Of a DNA stretch of 64,000 nucleotides, positions 48,706-62,495 are shown piece by piece (positions within the stretch are counted from its first letter, which is position 1; each line of letters begins with the position of its first letter). Below the pieces are notes generated by a model. That model had not been told where the DNA came from and made no database searches. It saw nothing but the letters and a program-made list of their open reading frames with translations. Both the position numbers and the translations under genes were made by a program. This DNA is from Massalongia carnosa (taxonomy: Eukaryota), in assembly GCA_965645245.1 (NCBI GenBank), contig OZ287067.1, forward strand, positions 1,550,001 to 1,614,000, written 5' to 3'.

Positions 48706-51700
48706 TCGCGAACTTGTTAATTCCTATGTGCATGTATTCGCGGTACCATGTACCATATTGGCGGCAGGTTCCTTAGTACGATTTTTTATTCCTCTAGAGT
48801 ATGTCCTAATCCTTCCCGTTTGGATAGACTAATACCTTGATTGGCTTCTCGGGTTTCCATCAAAAAGGGAGAAACTCGATCATGCATAATCATCCCTACT
48901 CCTTCTCTTCGGCTTTTGTCTTAAACCAAAATTCACCCGGGGGATCTCTTTAATTCCTACAGTTTTCCAGTAATGTACTTTTAAAGCTCTAGCGTGTCCA
49001 GAGTCAAAATTCTATCTGTCGGCGGGCAGTTTTGGAGCAGCGAGCGTTGTTCTATTCATTGGATGTGAGAAGAATGGCATTTTTCAAGGGACGCATAGGA
49101 GGGATCGGGAGTGCGGGGGAAAGCGAGGAGCCTCTCGCAGCGCAGCGGTGCATCCAAGAACGGGGTGGTCGATATGGGCGAACGTCCTAGGTCGTATTCT
49201 GCGAAGAGAAACGTTAAGATCAAGAGGTGGTGGAGGAAAGGGGAGGAAGATAGCGATAGGAATGGATGGGAGATTGCGGGGGCAGGGAAGAATTAGCAAT
49301 CTCTCAAATCAAAGGGAAAATCCAGCTTGTTACTAGGTGCCTCTATTTCCCATTGACATCTCTTGGCTGGCGGCGTTGAAGCTATGCGTTTTTGTGCAAG
49401 CAACTTTTAGTTGGATGACTGCGGGTTCGGTTTTGACGGTTGATATTCATCCCATCTCATCTCGCCTTCCCTCATGACGTTTCGTTTTTCCTATTCGCCA
49501 CGCACGCGCACACACGCATGCACCGTCATGGCCCCTCCCTTTTTCTCTCCTCCCTTTGGTGTGTACATTGTTGCGAAAACCCCTGCTCTATCCCATCCTA
49601 TCCCTCCCAAAAGGAACCGAAACGCAAGTCCACCAGCCCGAGCTACCTATCGCATCGTATCATATCGTAGCGGTTCATCTTTCTTACCTTATTTCTCCGT
49701 CCCTTCAATATGCCTAGATAAATCAGTAAGCATTCCTTCCTTACTTCCCAGCTTCCTTCCGTTCTCGTGTCTTTTCTCTTTTCTTATATTCCTTACCTTG
49801 TGAACTAAATAAATAGATAAATAAGAAAAAAGGGTTCCATCAAAAGAACAAACGGCCCCAAAGAAAAACATTTGACCGATTACTTTTTTTGTGGAGCACT
49901 AAAACCCTAGCATATCTCACTCGCGCTGAGATAGAATGTCGTTAAGTTCTCTCTATCTAGAGGAACGAAGATTGGGCCTTGAGCTGTCTATGTAAGTTTT
50001 CTTTCATTCTTTTTCCCTTCCTGATGGCGATTCGTTTCATGTCATGGTTGCGATTGTGATTGTGGGTTTCGGGGTTCTTCTTTCCTTTGATTTTCTCTAT
50101 TGCGGTTTAGCTAATCCTCCATCATCGTCGTGGTCGTGGTCCTGGTGTTGACGGCGGTGAAGCTGCAGGCCTGACTGTTAGTATCGGCGGCCAGGGCTTC
50201 TGCTCCTCGCGCGATAGCAGCATTCTCAGCGTCCAGCTGGGCTTCGGTTTTGGGGGGGGGGGGGAGTATAAAAGCCGGTTTTTTTTTCGATTCGAAAATG
50301 TATTCATCTATCCAGTATATATTATTAATATTAATATCTATTTACCTGTTCAGCTATATGTCCATTCTCACACGCATTTCCCCACATCTCCCTGACATAC
50401 AGAGACGTCGTGATTGATTGAATGTTTCCTGTTCCCTTTTCCTTCCGCATAAACTTAAATTTTTATAAATATAAATATATGTGATACCATCGACGATGTC
50501 CCTTGCTGTGTGGGGGTCTGTTGAGTGCTCCCGCCGAGGGGGGAACTTTGGAGAGGGAACGGAACATGGTAGTGGTTGTGGTAGTAATGGAGTAGCGGTG
50601 GGTGGGTGGAAAGAAGTGTTGTGTATGGATGGTGGACGATGATTGGGGGGCTTCTCGACGAAGAGGAAAATAAAGAAAATGGTATGTTGGCGCTGTAGGT
50701 CCTAGGCCTTTGCTTATTTCGTTCATTCATTTATTGATTGATAGATAGATAGGTAGGTAGGTAGGTAAGTGTTATAGACATGGTAGGCTACATCGCGCGC
50801 TTTACCTTCTCCCATTTCCAATCTTCCCTTCCTATCGAGCTACCTACTAGCTACCTAAACTGCCTACTTCCCCACTCACCCGCTAACCAAACTGCTTCCC
50901 ACAAAACGAACCACCCAACAAACCATCCTTAACTCACCCTTCCCTCCCTTCCCCAAAAATGCGGCAAAGGCCACCCCCCCTCCCTTCCCCCGCGTGATCC
51001 CTGGGGCTGCGGGCCAGAGTGGGATCACGGGGAGAAGGTGGGGGGAAGGAGAGGCAAAATAAAAGAAGAAGTGGGGAAAGGGGAGAAGAAGAAGAAGGAA
51101 AATGATGGGAAACGGAAACGGAAACGGGAACGGGAGGAAATAGGGGAAGGATGAATATGGAAGGAATGACGGAATGAGAGCGAAAAATGAAGGATTGAAA
51201 AAAAAAGAAAAAGAAAAAGAAAAAAGAGCAAATATACACACACACATACATACATATATGTAGGTAGGTATGTAGGTAGGTGGTCTCGAGGTCCGAACTC
51301 CATCTCGTCCACTCTCCTAGCCCTTCCCCCTTTCCCCTACCTCCTACCCCCACCTCAAGGGAACGGGAGCGGGAACGGGAACGGGAATGAACGTATGAAC
51401 GAACGGGCCTTCGATTCTTATCCTGTTCTACTCCGGTCTATCCCAGAGTAGTAGTGGTAGTAGTAGTACTGTGCCCAATATCTATCTGTCAAGGGATATA
51501 TATCAAGGGATATATATCAAAATCAACATCAACATCCAAACTGAAAAGAAATAAGAAGAAGGGGGAAAAAGCGTAAAGAAAGAAGAAAGGAAAGAAAAAG
51601 AAGAAAAAAAACGGCCAGGTCGCTTAAGTATCTATCTAGGTACGGAGTATGGAGTATTGTGTTCGGTGTTCATCGATCGATCGATCGACCGATCGCGCAG

Positions 51701-52192
51701 CGAAGCGTAGAGGAGCAAAGAAGGGGAGAAAGAGAGAGAAAAAGAGAAAGAAAAGTGGCCGAGCGCAGCATCTTCTACTACCTACCGACCTACCTAAACC
51801 ATCCATCTGGCGGGACCCGTTCGGGAAGAGGTCAGAACGGGCTTGGCATGCCTGTGCACATGTACGGTAATACGTCATTGGGGACTTGGGAGTTCGAGGG
51901 TGTCGATTGAAGTGCTTTCATTACTTTTGGGGTTCCACTCAACCCCCGAGAATGAGGACTAACATGCTTTGCTCGTAAGCTAAATGCTAAATAGAATGAG
52001 ATGGAAAACCCAAAGATGCACTTCGCCTATGCATGTCTACTCACGAGGGATCGCTTCCCCGATGGACCGCCCTGTCTAGATGCAACGAGCGACATGTGCA
52101 GAGACCTACAAGGCGAAAAGAAACGTGGGTTGTGCGTCGTGGTCGTATGGCTTGACTTGAGAACCACCGAGACCGACCGGTCGGCTTTCGAT

Positions 52193-53320
52193 TCACATGC
52201 CTGTCCTGATACCGCCATCTTCTCCGACTGCCAATAATTTCTTCAAGCTTCCAGCTGCAGTTCCCAGGCTGTCCATAACCCATCGCTTTCCGAAGTTGGC
52301 GTCCTCAACGATGGCTGTATTCTGCATGTTATTCGGGCCCGTAGGCACCATCGTCTCAATGGCAGGGACGCTGAACGCACAGGGAATATGCGGGATGACA
52401 AGATCAACCGATTTAGCCCCTGCCGAAACCGAGTACGCAGGATCATGACGGGGGAGCAGAGGACGAGTGACGAACTCGTAAGGAGTGCCGGCGAGGGACT
52501 CATCAGAGGATGTGCTGGTAGTTGGGGTATGGGAGAGCGACGGAGTTGTGAGCACGGCCGAAGCGATGGTACTGTGGGTCTGAAGAGCCGGGCGACGAGT
52601 GGGGGTAAGGCTGGAAGAGGAGCGGTGAAACTGGCTCAGGTATTGAAAGGCTTCGGAACTGGCTCGATGAGATAAGTTGGGTTTCCATTCCGAGGGGTCG
52701 AGATCTGATTTGCCATCGTGGGCCATGTGAGGTATTCTCGTGGAGAGGGTGCGATCTGTAGCTTGTTGATGGAGGCACATGCTTCGAGCCTTGAGGCTGA
52801 GGATATCGTCGGAGGAGTCTTCGGCGTTGGACATGGTCGGAGAGGGATTGAAGAGGGAGAGGTAGGGACCTGAGGCGGGAGCCTGGCAACCATCTTTACG
52901 GCGGCAGCTATATGATTGTAAGCGAGGATGCATGCCGGGGTGACAGGACTCGCGCGCGTACTTCTCGGAGCAGTAAAGAATCGAGTTATTGGGTACGACA
53001 ATCTGCCTCTCGCACATGGCGCTGTGCAACCCGATCAGCACCAAATGTACCAGCAAGCCATATAGCACGAATTGAACCAACCAGTATTGCAGGAAACTAG
53101 AGCCCATGTCGTCCTCATCCATCACGATCTCTTCTCCGTTCCGAAGAGGGTTGTTGTTGATTTTGTGGGGTGCGGTCTTTAGGCGACTAGTACTATTAGA
53201 GGAGGGAGCCGGACGAGAGACTTTGGTTGAAGTCTTCCTCACACGAGGAGGAGGACGAGGAGGACGAGGAGGAGGACGAGGAGAAGGTAGATAAGCATGA
53301 GCATGACGAGTGGTTGACAT
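52193..53320 (-). CDS. ECL1: Ecl1-family lifespan regulator (zinc-binding)
   Basis: Removing introns 53022-53081 and 52908-52961 gives FLQYCAMCERQIVVPNNSILYCSENCRRKD (C-x2-C..YCS-x2-C-x3-D), followed by an S/T-rich C-terminus. Confidence 0.85.
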   Translation of the reverse strand: MSTTRHAHAYLPSPRPPPRPPRPPPRVRKTSTKVSRPAPSSNSTSRLKTAPHKINNNPLRNGEEIVMDEDDMGSSFLQYWLVQFVLYGLLVHLVLIGLHSAMCERQIVVPNNSILYCSEKYARESCHPGMHPRLQSYSCRRKDGCQAPASGPYLSLFNPSPTMSNAEDSSDDILSLKARSMCLHQQATDRTLSTRIPHMAHDGKSDLDPSEWKPNLSHRASSEAFQYLSQFHRSSSSLTPTRRPALQTHSTIASAVLTTPSLSHTPTTSTSSDESLAGTPYEFVTRPLLPRHDPAYSVSAGAKSVDLVIPHIPCAFSVPAIETMVPTGPNNMQNTAIVEDANFGKRWVMDSLGTAAGSLKKLLAVGEDGGIRTGM

Positions 53321-54000
53321 GAAGTCAAAAGCGGAACCCGGACCAGACAGCGGTGAGCTGCCTTGGGTTTTATAATGGGCCTTCGGCTTCTGTTCCGAAG
53401 ATGATGAAAATTCGGTTTCGACAAATTTCTTTTCCACAGCGTGCAGACGAAGCGACAGCGACCTGAGCACGTCTCGTGCTACTGCAAGTCAAGGGTTTGT
53501 GGAAAAGTAGAAACGGCGAGTCCAGAGTGGATTGGGCGGATAATCCGCGGGTGGACTCGATGCGGTATGGCTTAGTTATCCGGATCGGGAGAGCGATTCC
53601 CGGGTAGCGGGGCAAGAGCGGGCGTTTAGTGGAAGTGCAACAGCGACAGCATAGCGATCCAGAGATTCCACTTGTACCGAGTACCACGTATAGAGTATCG
53701 AATGCGTACGATGATCGTTCCTAGTTCTGGATATGGATGGATATGGATGGAGATGAAGAGAGTGATGGTGTTTTGCGCAGAGGGAACTACTCGTACGGTA
53801 TACTGTCTGTCGTTCAAGATAACGAAATCAGCTGACGAAGGCGACGATAACGATAACGAAGAACCGATAGCGTCGATGACAGAGTGCATTCCACCTTATT
53901 GGTCGGTCCAATCTTCAACTTTTTCATCCTTCATGGAGCAATCCATGGGCTGAGTAGCCTGTTGAACATCATACGTACATCAGTGCACCTTCTAGACGAA

Positions 54001-54075
54001 TTCTGGATTCTGGGTTCTGAGTTCTGGGTTCTGAGTTCTGGGTTCTGAGTTCTGGGTTCTAGGTTCTGGGTTCCT
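54001..54075. repeat. 7-mer tandem repeat (TTCTGGG/TTCTGAG)n
   Basis: About 10 degenerate units upstream of ECL1. Confidence 0.9.
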
Positions 54076-55367
54076 GGTGTTGGATGTTGGTTTCCCTTGT
54101 AGTTGGGTGGTGATTTCAAGAGGATGTATGCTACGAATGGGATCAACAGAAATATTCTTGGTTGAAAGAGACTTTATAGAGTGGAAGAACCCATCATGGT
54201 GCTACCGGAGTCTTTCAAGCACGTCATCCAATCGAATGATTACATCTTCTCGTCTACAGATTACAATATCCGTTTTCATCCGTTGCTCGCAACGTTCCAA
54301 TGTCGACAGACGGTTTGCAGCGAGTGAAGCCCACCCAAACAAACCCCCCCCAAAAAAAAAAAAAAAAAAAACCCCCCACCACGACGCTTTCGGAGTCATC
54401 GTCAATCCCACATGTCACCATCCGTAATCCTAATGGTGACACAGCAAACTCGATCCTGACAGCGACCGGATGACGATGATGAACACGGCGAAAATCTCTT
54501 TCGCTCCAGTGACTCGAATTCGAGCATTTTCCCACCAATGACGAATTTCTCGGTACTGGGTAGTGATGAACGGAGTCCAAAGTACAGAGTACATCCGCCG
54601 TGTCTCTCGCCAAATGTATCGTTTCGTGGGTCTCCAATACCTCTCATCCGCCCGGCGCTACGGTTACAGATCGAGAATTACGCTAATTCAAGGGGGGTCC
54701 GGAACAGAGACAATCCCACCCATGCATGGTTCATTCCTCAGAACTCCAACCTCGCACACAGCTTCGATGGCTTCTAGCGTATCCGATGCGGAAGCTGTTG
54801 CAATGCATGGAGTAGCGCGCAATCACGCGCCTGATCGGAGTGGTGGGCAAAGTGGGTCAAGTTTCAATGTGCGTGCTTTGAATCAGGGAAATGTACAGAG
54901 TAGGCATGAATGAGCGACAAGAGGTGGGGTAGAAGAGCTGTCGAGAACTACAAGATGGGTAGGTACACTGTAGCTAATCCAGTACTCCCAAACTGTCATA
55001 GGGCGGTATCGCAGGGCATCCTTAATCTTCAGTCATAAAGTCGAGGGAACTGACGACCACCGTGACGTGGCAGGGGGCGAACGGTCATCTGAACGCCCGA
55101 GACACCCGTCTGGCCACAAGCCGTGGACCGTTGAGACTCTGGCTAGTTGTGGGGTGTTGGAAGCTGGAATGGTATGAGTTTTCAGTTGCGAAAATGATCT
55201 TTCCTCTCACTTGGAGAAAGCCGCCGTTGCCCAGTAAGAGACCTGAGGTCCTCGGACCAAAATCCAGGCGTCAATTCTGAAACCACACAGGTTATCCGTG
55301 TGCAAGGCGGCCTCCACGTGTCTCATTCCTAAGCGGAATTACCTATGCGAAATAGACTCAATCCCAT

Positions 55368-57145
55368 CTATGCTGTCTTCCAGAACCGGTCTGGTACACC
55401 TCGCGCGACACTAGCGACAGGCCCTACATAGCATCCAAGGAGCGTACTCCATCGCGAGCCGCCGTTCTGAAGCCTTTGAATTTCTTTGTATGCGTACGAG
55501 TCAAGGTAAGCGAGGCCGGTCTTGGGGTCTCGGAATCTGGCTGGCTGTGCGGTGATGGCACAGAGTTCCTGAACCGGCTCTGTTCATGCAGTCAGTGAAG
55601 GCTGAAGACAATGGTACCATAGATAAGTGGCCTACTAGGAACTTTGCCATTGCGCTTTTTGAGTAGTACGTGGTTTTGCAATTCAGGCGTTCGCATAGCG
55701 TTAACATCAATGTTCTTCAGTGTTACTAGGTTACGAGCCGAATATTCTATCAATGGAGTCCAAGGTTGCCTTGAAACCTCCATGGGGAACTTCGGTTCCC
55801 GGCCTTGCTTGGGCAACAAAGCCTCTGGTGCGTTGGATAGAGATGACAGGGGATTGAAGTCATGTCCCAAATGATCCTGTACGCGTAGTTGAGGCGGTGG
55901 CACACTCACAGGTAAAGAAGCATAGTAGTGGATGCCATCGAGAAGTCGACCAACTCCTTGCGGCGATATCACCTGAGCTTGCTGTAGATTTTCAACGGGT
56001 GCCACTTCTGCCGGTTCAAGCACATGGGGTTCCAGCGCTTTTGGTTGAGTATGCTTGTCTTGGGTTATGGTGGAATCTGGATTTCCTGACAACGAAGACT
56101 CATCCTCCGCCCGTTTGGTAGGGACCCTCTTGCGGTCTTTACCATTAGCTATCATTTCTCGATCCTGGTCCTTTCCTTGTATGGCTTTCGCCCCGATCTG
56201 CCCGATCTTTCCGTCCACCCACCTTACCATCCCGCTCCACCTAGTTATCACAGGACCGCTGAGTTGCCGATTTTGTAATGCCTTCATCTTAGCCTCTTGA
56301 TCTTCAACTCTTTTCTTCTCTGTTTCCTCCCATCGATTAAGGCTCTTTGCGTTCTTCCTCTCTGTCCGAGCAGCCTCTTCTAGACGCTCGCGCTGAGTCA
56401 TGGTTTTTGGCTTCGACGCTTCCTTCCGCTTTGCTGCGGCTTCCATCACGCCGATTAGCTTTACACGGCGTTTCTCGCTCTGCAACATCCGTAGATGAAC
56501 GACCTCTTTGTTCTGAACCGTCTGCTTCCGAGTCGAGGAACGTGTAGGGCCTTCCTCTGGAGTCGGTATCCAAGAGACTCGCTCGGATTTTTTCCTTGGC
56601 CGATATGCTGGGGTTGTAGGTGCCGACTTGGTGTCTATCGGGCCGAGCTTCAACCTTTTTCGTAAACCACCAGATTTCCTAAACCCCTTCTGAGCTTTAC
56701 GTTTTTGCAACCGCTCGACCCTGTCCTGCTTTTCTAGCTCCCTCTCCCCATCTAGATCGCCTTCAATCCTCTCCGGTCCATGATCTTCGTCATCGGACGA
56801 GGAATCTAGCTGCACGTCAGAAGCTGCTTCAACGTCACCGTCCTCGAATTCGACGTCCTCCTCCTCGTCTTCCGCAAACAGCAACTCCAAATCATCATCG
56901 CCCTCTTTCTCGAGGAGCGACGATAGCCGATTGCCTGCCGTTACCCTTTTAGCCCTACCCAACACAAGCGATTCCACAGGGTCGTTATATTCTTTAGCAT
57001 CTTTATCGTCGTCGTCAAACTCATCACGTTCACCATCATCGCCACCATTTTCTTCATCCTCATCTTCATCCTCATTGAGGCTCCCTGTTGATACCGAGTC
57101 CTCTTCTTGACCGTTTGATGATTGTGTACGGGAATCCTGAATCAT
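55368..57145 (-). CDS. VPS72: SWR1 complex subunit Vps72/Swc2 (YL1)
   Basis: GRAKRVTAGNRLSSLL, an acidic tract, RSSTRKQTVQNK and MTQRERLEEAARTERKNAKSLNRWE. After an intron (~55579-55635) comes the YL1-C domain CAITAQPARFRDPKTGLAY..RWSTLLGCYVG; TAG at 55368-55370. Confidence 0.9.
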
Positions 57146-58858
57146 TTCCAGCTGGGCGAATGCCTGATGGGATTGAGTCAAGTGCTCGAGCAACAAACCA
57201 AGAGCCTGAGCAGTGTTTGGAGATCGACCCGAAATCGCCTAGTTAACCTCCAAGGCTGAAGTATTTTCTTTCGTCTTGGGTCATGTGGCTGAGCTCTTGG
57301 CATGTTTCATCATGAAGCTAATCCCAGGCAGTCATTAGCCTGTTTCCACTCTCCGTTGGATTTCCTTTCCCACACTAAGTTTTTCGCGCTAATCTCTAGT
57401 GAATCCCAGACTCATTCACAGACTACGGAGTACCTACCGATCTTCACTATCTGTACTCCGTACATCGCTTGGGAAAAAGGTTTGCCGTCCACAGCTGGCA
57501 AGCCCACACGCCCTCGACTGTGTGAAGCTAGTTGAACTGTGAAGTTGACAGATTGGGGAAGCAGGAGAGAGAGACCTGCCCGGTAACTATTGCGTGCATG
57601 ATTTCCATCAGGGATTCCCAGGGCTGGATCAGAATCAGGGGCTGAACCTACCATCCTTAAATTCCTCGGTACTCGTACGGGCATCGTTACTGTACTCCGT
57701 AGGTATCCAAACAGCACTCTAGGGCCATCTAGCGTTTTACCATTTATGCTCGCATCATGTTCGATACCTATGCCTATGTACAGAGTACTTTATATACTGT
57801 ATTCGCACTATACAGAGTACTATACAGAGTACCCGTGTGGAGTGCTGATTGCTTGACAGATAAAACATTGCAGCTATCAAAGGCACAAAACATCAGTGAC
57901 GACGGCCGCTGTTGGCTACCTTCCCCTGTATCAGTGGTATCAGTGGTACCTCGTTGCAACTCCCCCAACACTTTGCTAGGCTGAAAGTTACACGAATACG
58001 TAGGCGTCGTCCCTAGCGTATGCGAGTATCGGGTACCGGTAATCTACTCCTGACCAACCCTTCACGAATAAAAGATAGCGGCACCTCGACTCGCTTTTCG
58101 ATCTCCCCCCCAATCCCTTCTTCGTCCACCCAACTACTTTCATATCTACAATATTTGCATTGTTTGTTGACGCAAACCTGCCATCGTGATTTAATTCTTT
58201 AATCTTTTTCTTCTCCCAACACCGCTGGCTCTTTGCGCACTTCACCAGGCATCTCCCTTACCCGACAGCCTTCAATTCTTGTAGAGGAACATTTTTTTAC
58301 CCGGTCCCCTCGTGCCGCATCCAACTACGTTTCATGCTCTTCACCACCCAGTCCGCCAGCAGCACTGCATCGCCTTCGTTTACGGGCTGAGCATCGTGGA
58401 TGCCATTTTCCCCTCAACGTCGCCTGTGACCTCAAAAGTTTTTCTAAGTGGTCACTCTGCTCTAACTCGGCATATCACAACCCACTTGCAGATAGGCGAT
58501 TCCTCGCTCGGGCTTCTTTGCCGTTCTATCTTCCACGTGGGACTAATTATATCGATTGCAATATCTAATTTTTCTACAATACAATCTGGACGAGTCGATA
58601 AATGTCTTGATAATACAATAAGTCCAAAAGGAAAAAAGTGCTGTCAGCTCAAGCGAGCCGAGTGGAGTCAAGGCTGGCACACCAGTTAGTATGGAACTAT
58701 TCTTTCTAGATACGCTTTTGTGCTCTGCACCTAACCTATCTAGACGCAGCTATCGATCGACTTTAAGTACTCCCTTCTGGCCTACTATACATTTTACAGC
58801 AGCACCTCTCCATCAAAATCGAACAGCAAGGCTGCACAAAGAGATCTCATCGCCGGTC

Positions 58859-61800
58859 ATGGCCCCCTCGCCCAAGCCAGATCATCACTTGAATCTCAAC
58901 TATCTCCCTCAACTGTCAGCTACTCAGCCACCATCTGGATCGTCGACTGGAAATACATCTCCAGTCGAACCGCCGGCGGGCAATGTAACACGTATACCGT
59001 TTAACAATAACGGCAATAGCACCAGCATGGCTACCCCTCCAGGAATTGCTAGGTTAGGGGCTGGATCCCCGTCACTTGAGCTTGGAGTTGCTGGTAGACT
59101 TTATTCGAAACGGTGAGACTTGCATGGATAACCCTTCCAAGCAAGGCTAACTGGCAATCCAATGTCTAGTGCCCGAGAAATTCAAGCTCAAGAAGGTCTT
59201 ACTCCTATGTGGGGTCCACCTGCGAGCGGGGGCTCAACTCCGCTGAGGGAGACCATACCAGAGTCCCCAAGCCAGGACGGATTCCCTGATTTTATGCCCC
59301 CGTCCGACAGCAGTTCCCAAAGTCCTGCTCGTCGAGCACGAGCGGGAACAGTGCCCTCAAGGTTCTCTCCTGCAGATGCAGGAGCTTCTTCAGGTACCAT
59401 CAGTCCCGCGTCGCTGCCGCCCAAGACTTCAAGGCCTACCCCTTCAGCAAGCCCATTTAGATCATCGTCTTTGTTTTCTAACGATACCGGCGACAATAAT
59501 CCCTTGGTCCCTAATTCGACATCTACATTGCTCTCACGCTTGCGTGCAGGCTCTATGCCGCAACGAGCAAGCTTCGTCGAGCCCCTTAATCCCTTTGGCA
59601 CATCGCTGTTCTCTACCAACTGGAACAGCGGGCGTGATCGGACCTCCACCTTGCAAAGTATTCGCTCCTCTGATGCTCCGGGCTCTCCTGCTCAATCGTC
59701 TTACTCGAGGGAAGGGCTGAACGACATCAATGTGAACACCCTTGACTACCTTGGGCTTGCCGAGACTCCTCGACAGACTCAAGTTGGGCTTGTCCAACCG
59801 GGCATGCAAAGAATGCCAGTCCAGCCATTTCTAAACGACCTTGTTGGGCTAAACAAAACCTTTAATCGATTTCGATCTTATTCTGTCAACTCAAAAGAAT
59901 TGTACGCTGAACGTGAAGAAGAATACCTATATTCGGGACATCCGAGTGGAACCATGACGCCTTCGGAGGCTTCGGCCGCCGCGGCAATTCTAGCTACTCA
60001 GGCACAAATACATCAACATAATCTCGAAGTTCAGGCTTTTGAGCGCCAACAAGCATTTGCTCCGCGTCCACGCGCCCGAACAGCTGGTATCCTCGATTCG
60101 CCTTTAAGGATATCGGGAAGAAATTATCTTGCAACGCCCACCCGCTTAGATAGGAGCATGACTGCGGCCGACTTCGCTATGCCTGATGAACTCGAGCATG
60201 CGGCGCTTCCAGAAGCCGTACGAGCTCTTCATCTAGGATCTCGATCAAACCCCGATAATTCTGATGAGACCAGCCAGGAAGGCCCCACACGTGCATTGTG
60301 GCTTGGCAATATACCTACTTCCACCACCGTTACGTCGCTGCAGGCAATTTTCATCGTGTTTGGGAAGATTGAGTCGTCCAGAGTGCTAGTTCAGAAGAAC
60401 TGTGGGTTCATTAACTTTGAGTCAACCGAAAGTGCAGTTCAAGCGAAGTCTTCACTCAACGGGAAGGAGATCTTTCCCGGAGCTGGTCCTGTACGAATTG
60501 GCTTCGCAAAGGCGCCATCCTCTGTCAGTGGTGCGCCTAACCAAAATGGAGCGTTCCACTCAAGAAGCCCTGATCCCTATGGTAATGGTGAAACTGAACA
60601 TCGTGAATCTCAGGGTACAGGAACTGCTAGCCGAAGTCGATCTGTTAACGGCGTACATGCTCAGAGCACCGCTGCTGCTCTGCAAGTGCCCGAATTATCG
60701 GAGCTACGCGATGAAATGTTGCAGATAGTCCGAGATTTTGGGGCTGGCAATCAAGATCACGTCCACATTGCAAAGAGTATCGATGATGCAATTGCGTTCA
60801 AGAGCTTCGAAGCGGAAATATCCCCGGTACCCGAACCAAGCCATACTAGAGTTCATGACGCTCCTAAACTTCGGGAGATTCGAAAGCGAATCGACAATAA
60901 CGCAATTTCGCAGGCGGAGATTGAGGAAATCGCTATAGGCATGTTGCCGGAAATCGCTGAATTGGCTTCGGATTACCTTGGAAACACAGTTGTGCAAAAA
61001 CTTTTTGAATTCTGTACCGAATCCGTTAAAGAGCAAATGCTAGTCCAGCTTGATGCGCACCTTGCGCAGATTGGCGTCCACAAGAACGGTACTTGGGCTG
61101 CACAAAAAATCATTGATGTAGCCAAGATACCAAGTCAAATCAAGATAATTGTGAATAGCCTGCGGCCATACACCGTGGCGCTTTTCCTCGACCAGTACGG
61201 CAACTATGTGCTGCAATGCTGCTTACGATTTGGGTTTCCTTGGAACAATTTCATCTTCGAGACAATGCTTAGCCGCATGTGGGACATCGCCCAGGGACGC
61301 TTTGGCGCACGAGCAATGAGAGCTTGTCTTGAAAGCCATCACGCTACCAAGGATCAGCAACGCATGTTGGCATCGGCTATTGCCTTGCATAGTGTTCAGT
61401 TGGCAACGAACGCCAATGGCGCCCTCCTTCTTACTTGGTTTCTGGATACTTGCACCTTTCCACGTCGACGAGTAGTGCTAGCACCAAGGCTTGTTCCGCA
61501 TCTGGTCCATTTATGCACACACAAAGTCGCCTACCTTACCGTTCTCAAGGTAATCAACCAGCGCAATGAGCCTGAAGCTAGGGACATCATCCTTCAGGCG
61601 TTATTCTTCTCGGAAAATGACAAGACTTTAGAAGACATTTTGAGCGATCAAGCGTGCGGTGCCACACTTATATTCAAAATTCTTACCACACCGTTCTTTG
61701 ATGAGAACCTACGGTCCGAAGTCGTCCAGAATGTCCGAAATGTACTTTGTCGGCTGAAAGCGGCGCCGTCACAGGGTTACAAGCGACTCATGGATGAAGT

Positions 61801-62495
61801 GGGTCTTTCAGCTCGAGCAGGAAAAGGAGACCGAGAGAATCAACATACCAGCAGGCCAGATTCGCGCCAAGATAGAAACCGCTCGGCGTCTCGGCACACG
61901 TCTAGCAATGGCCGCAAGCATCAGACAGAAATGGAAAGACAGTACAGCGGCCCATACTATCAAGCATCTGGCTCACAACAATTTCCACCGCCTGGCCAAA
62001 CCTCGATTTCATCTCCAATGGAACCTAACGGGCTACCAACTTACGAAACATTTCCCCAAAATTATGCTTCGAATCAATTCAATCCTCAGTTCCAACAAGG
62101 ATTCGCTACCGGTTCCACCCGTGGTATCATTCCGGCGGATTTTTATGCCGGTATTCCAGGAGCAGGGGCTGGTGGCTACGCTTCTGTTTCTCCGTCCATT
62201 GATCCTGGATTCCGAAACATGCAGGCTCAGCAACCGCCTATCACCCAACGACCCATTCATATGAGCACAAGCCCTATGATTCAGCAATCCCCATTTGCTA
62301 ATCCGCCAGTGTTCAACCCGCTGCTAAGCAATGGTGGCATGCTTGGCGCATATCAGTATCCATTACAGTATTTCCCACAACAGCAACAACAGCAGCAACA
62401 GCTCATGCAGCAGCAGAACGGGGGAAGACGTGGTCGAGTAAGTGGTTATGCGCAATATTAGCCTTGAATCTCAGCTCATGGATTTCCAGAGGTGA
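58859..62495 (+). CDS. JSN1: RRM plus Pumilio-repeat RNA-binding protein, Jsn1/Puf1-Puf2 family
   Basis: RRM TRALWLGNIP..CGFINF; PUF repeats SDYLGNTVVQKLFE, HKNGTWAAQKII, DQYGNYVLQCCL and TNANGALLLTW. Introns at 59113-59169 and 62438-62489. Confidence 0.93.

Noticed and set aside
49899..49909. Telomerase RNA template CTAAAACCCTA
   Set aside because: It would specify TTTTAGGG rather than the usual TTAGGG, no pseudoknot or CR4/5 could be identified, and the splice donor is too close for a typical 1.5-2 kb fungal TER.
48900..51950. Many 60-140 aa ORFs rich in F/S/P or K/R/E
   Set aside because: They arise from purine/pyrimidine tracts and short repeats and are not credible proteins.
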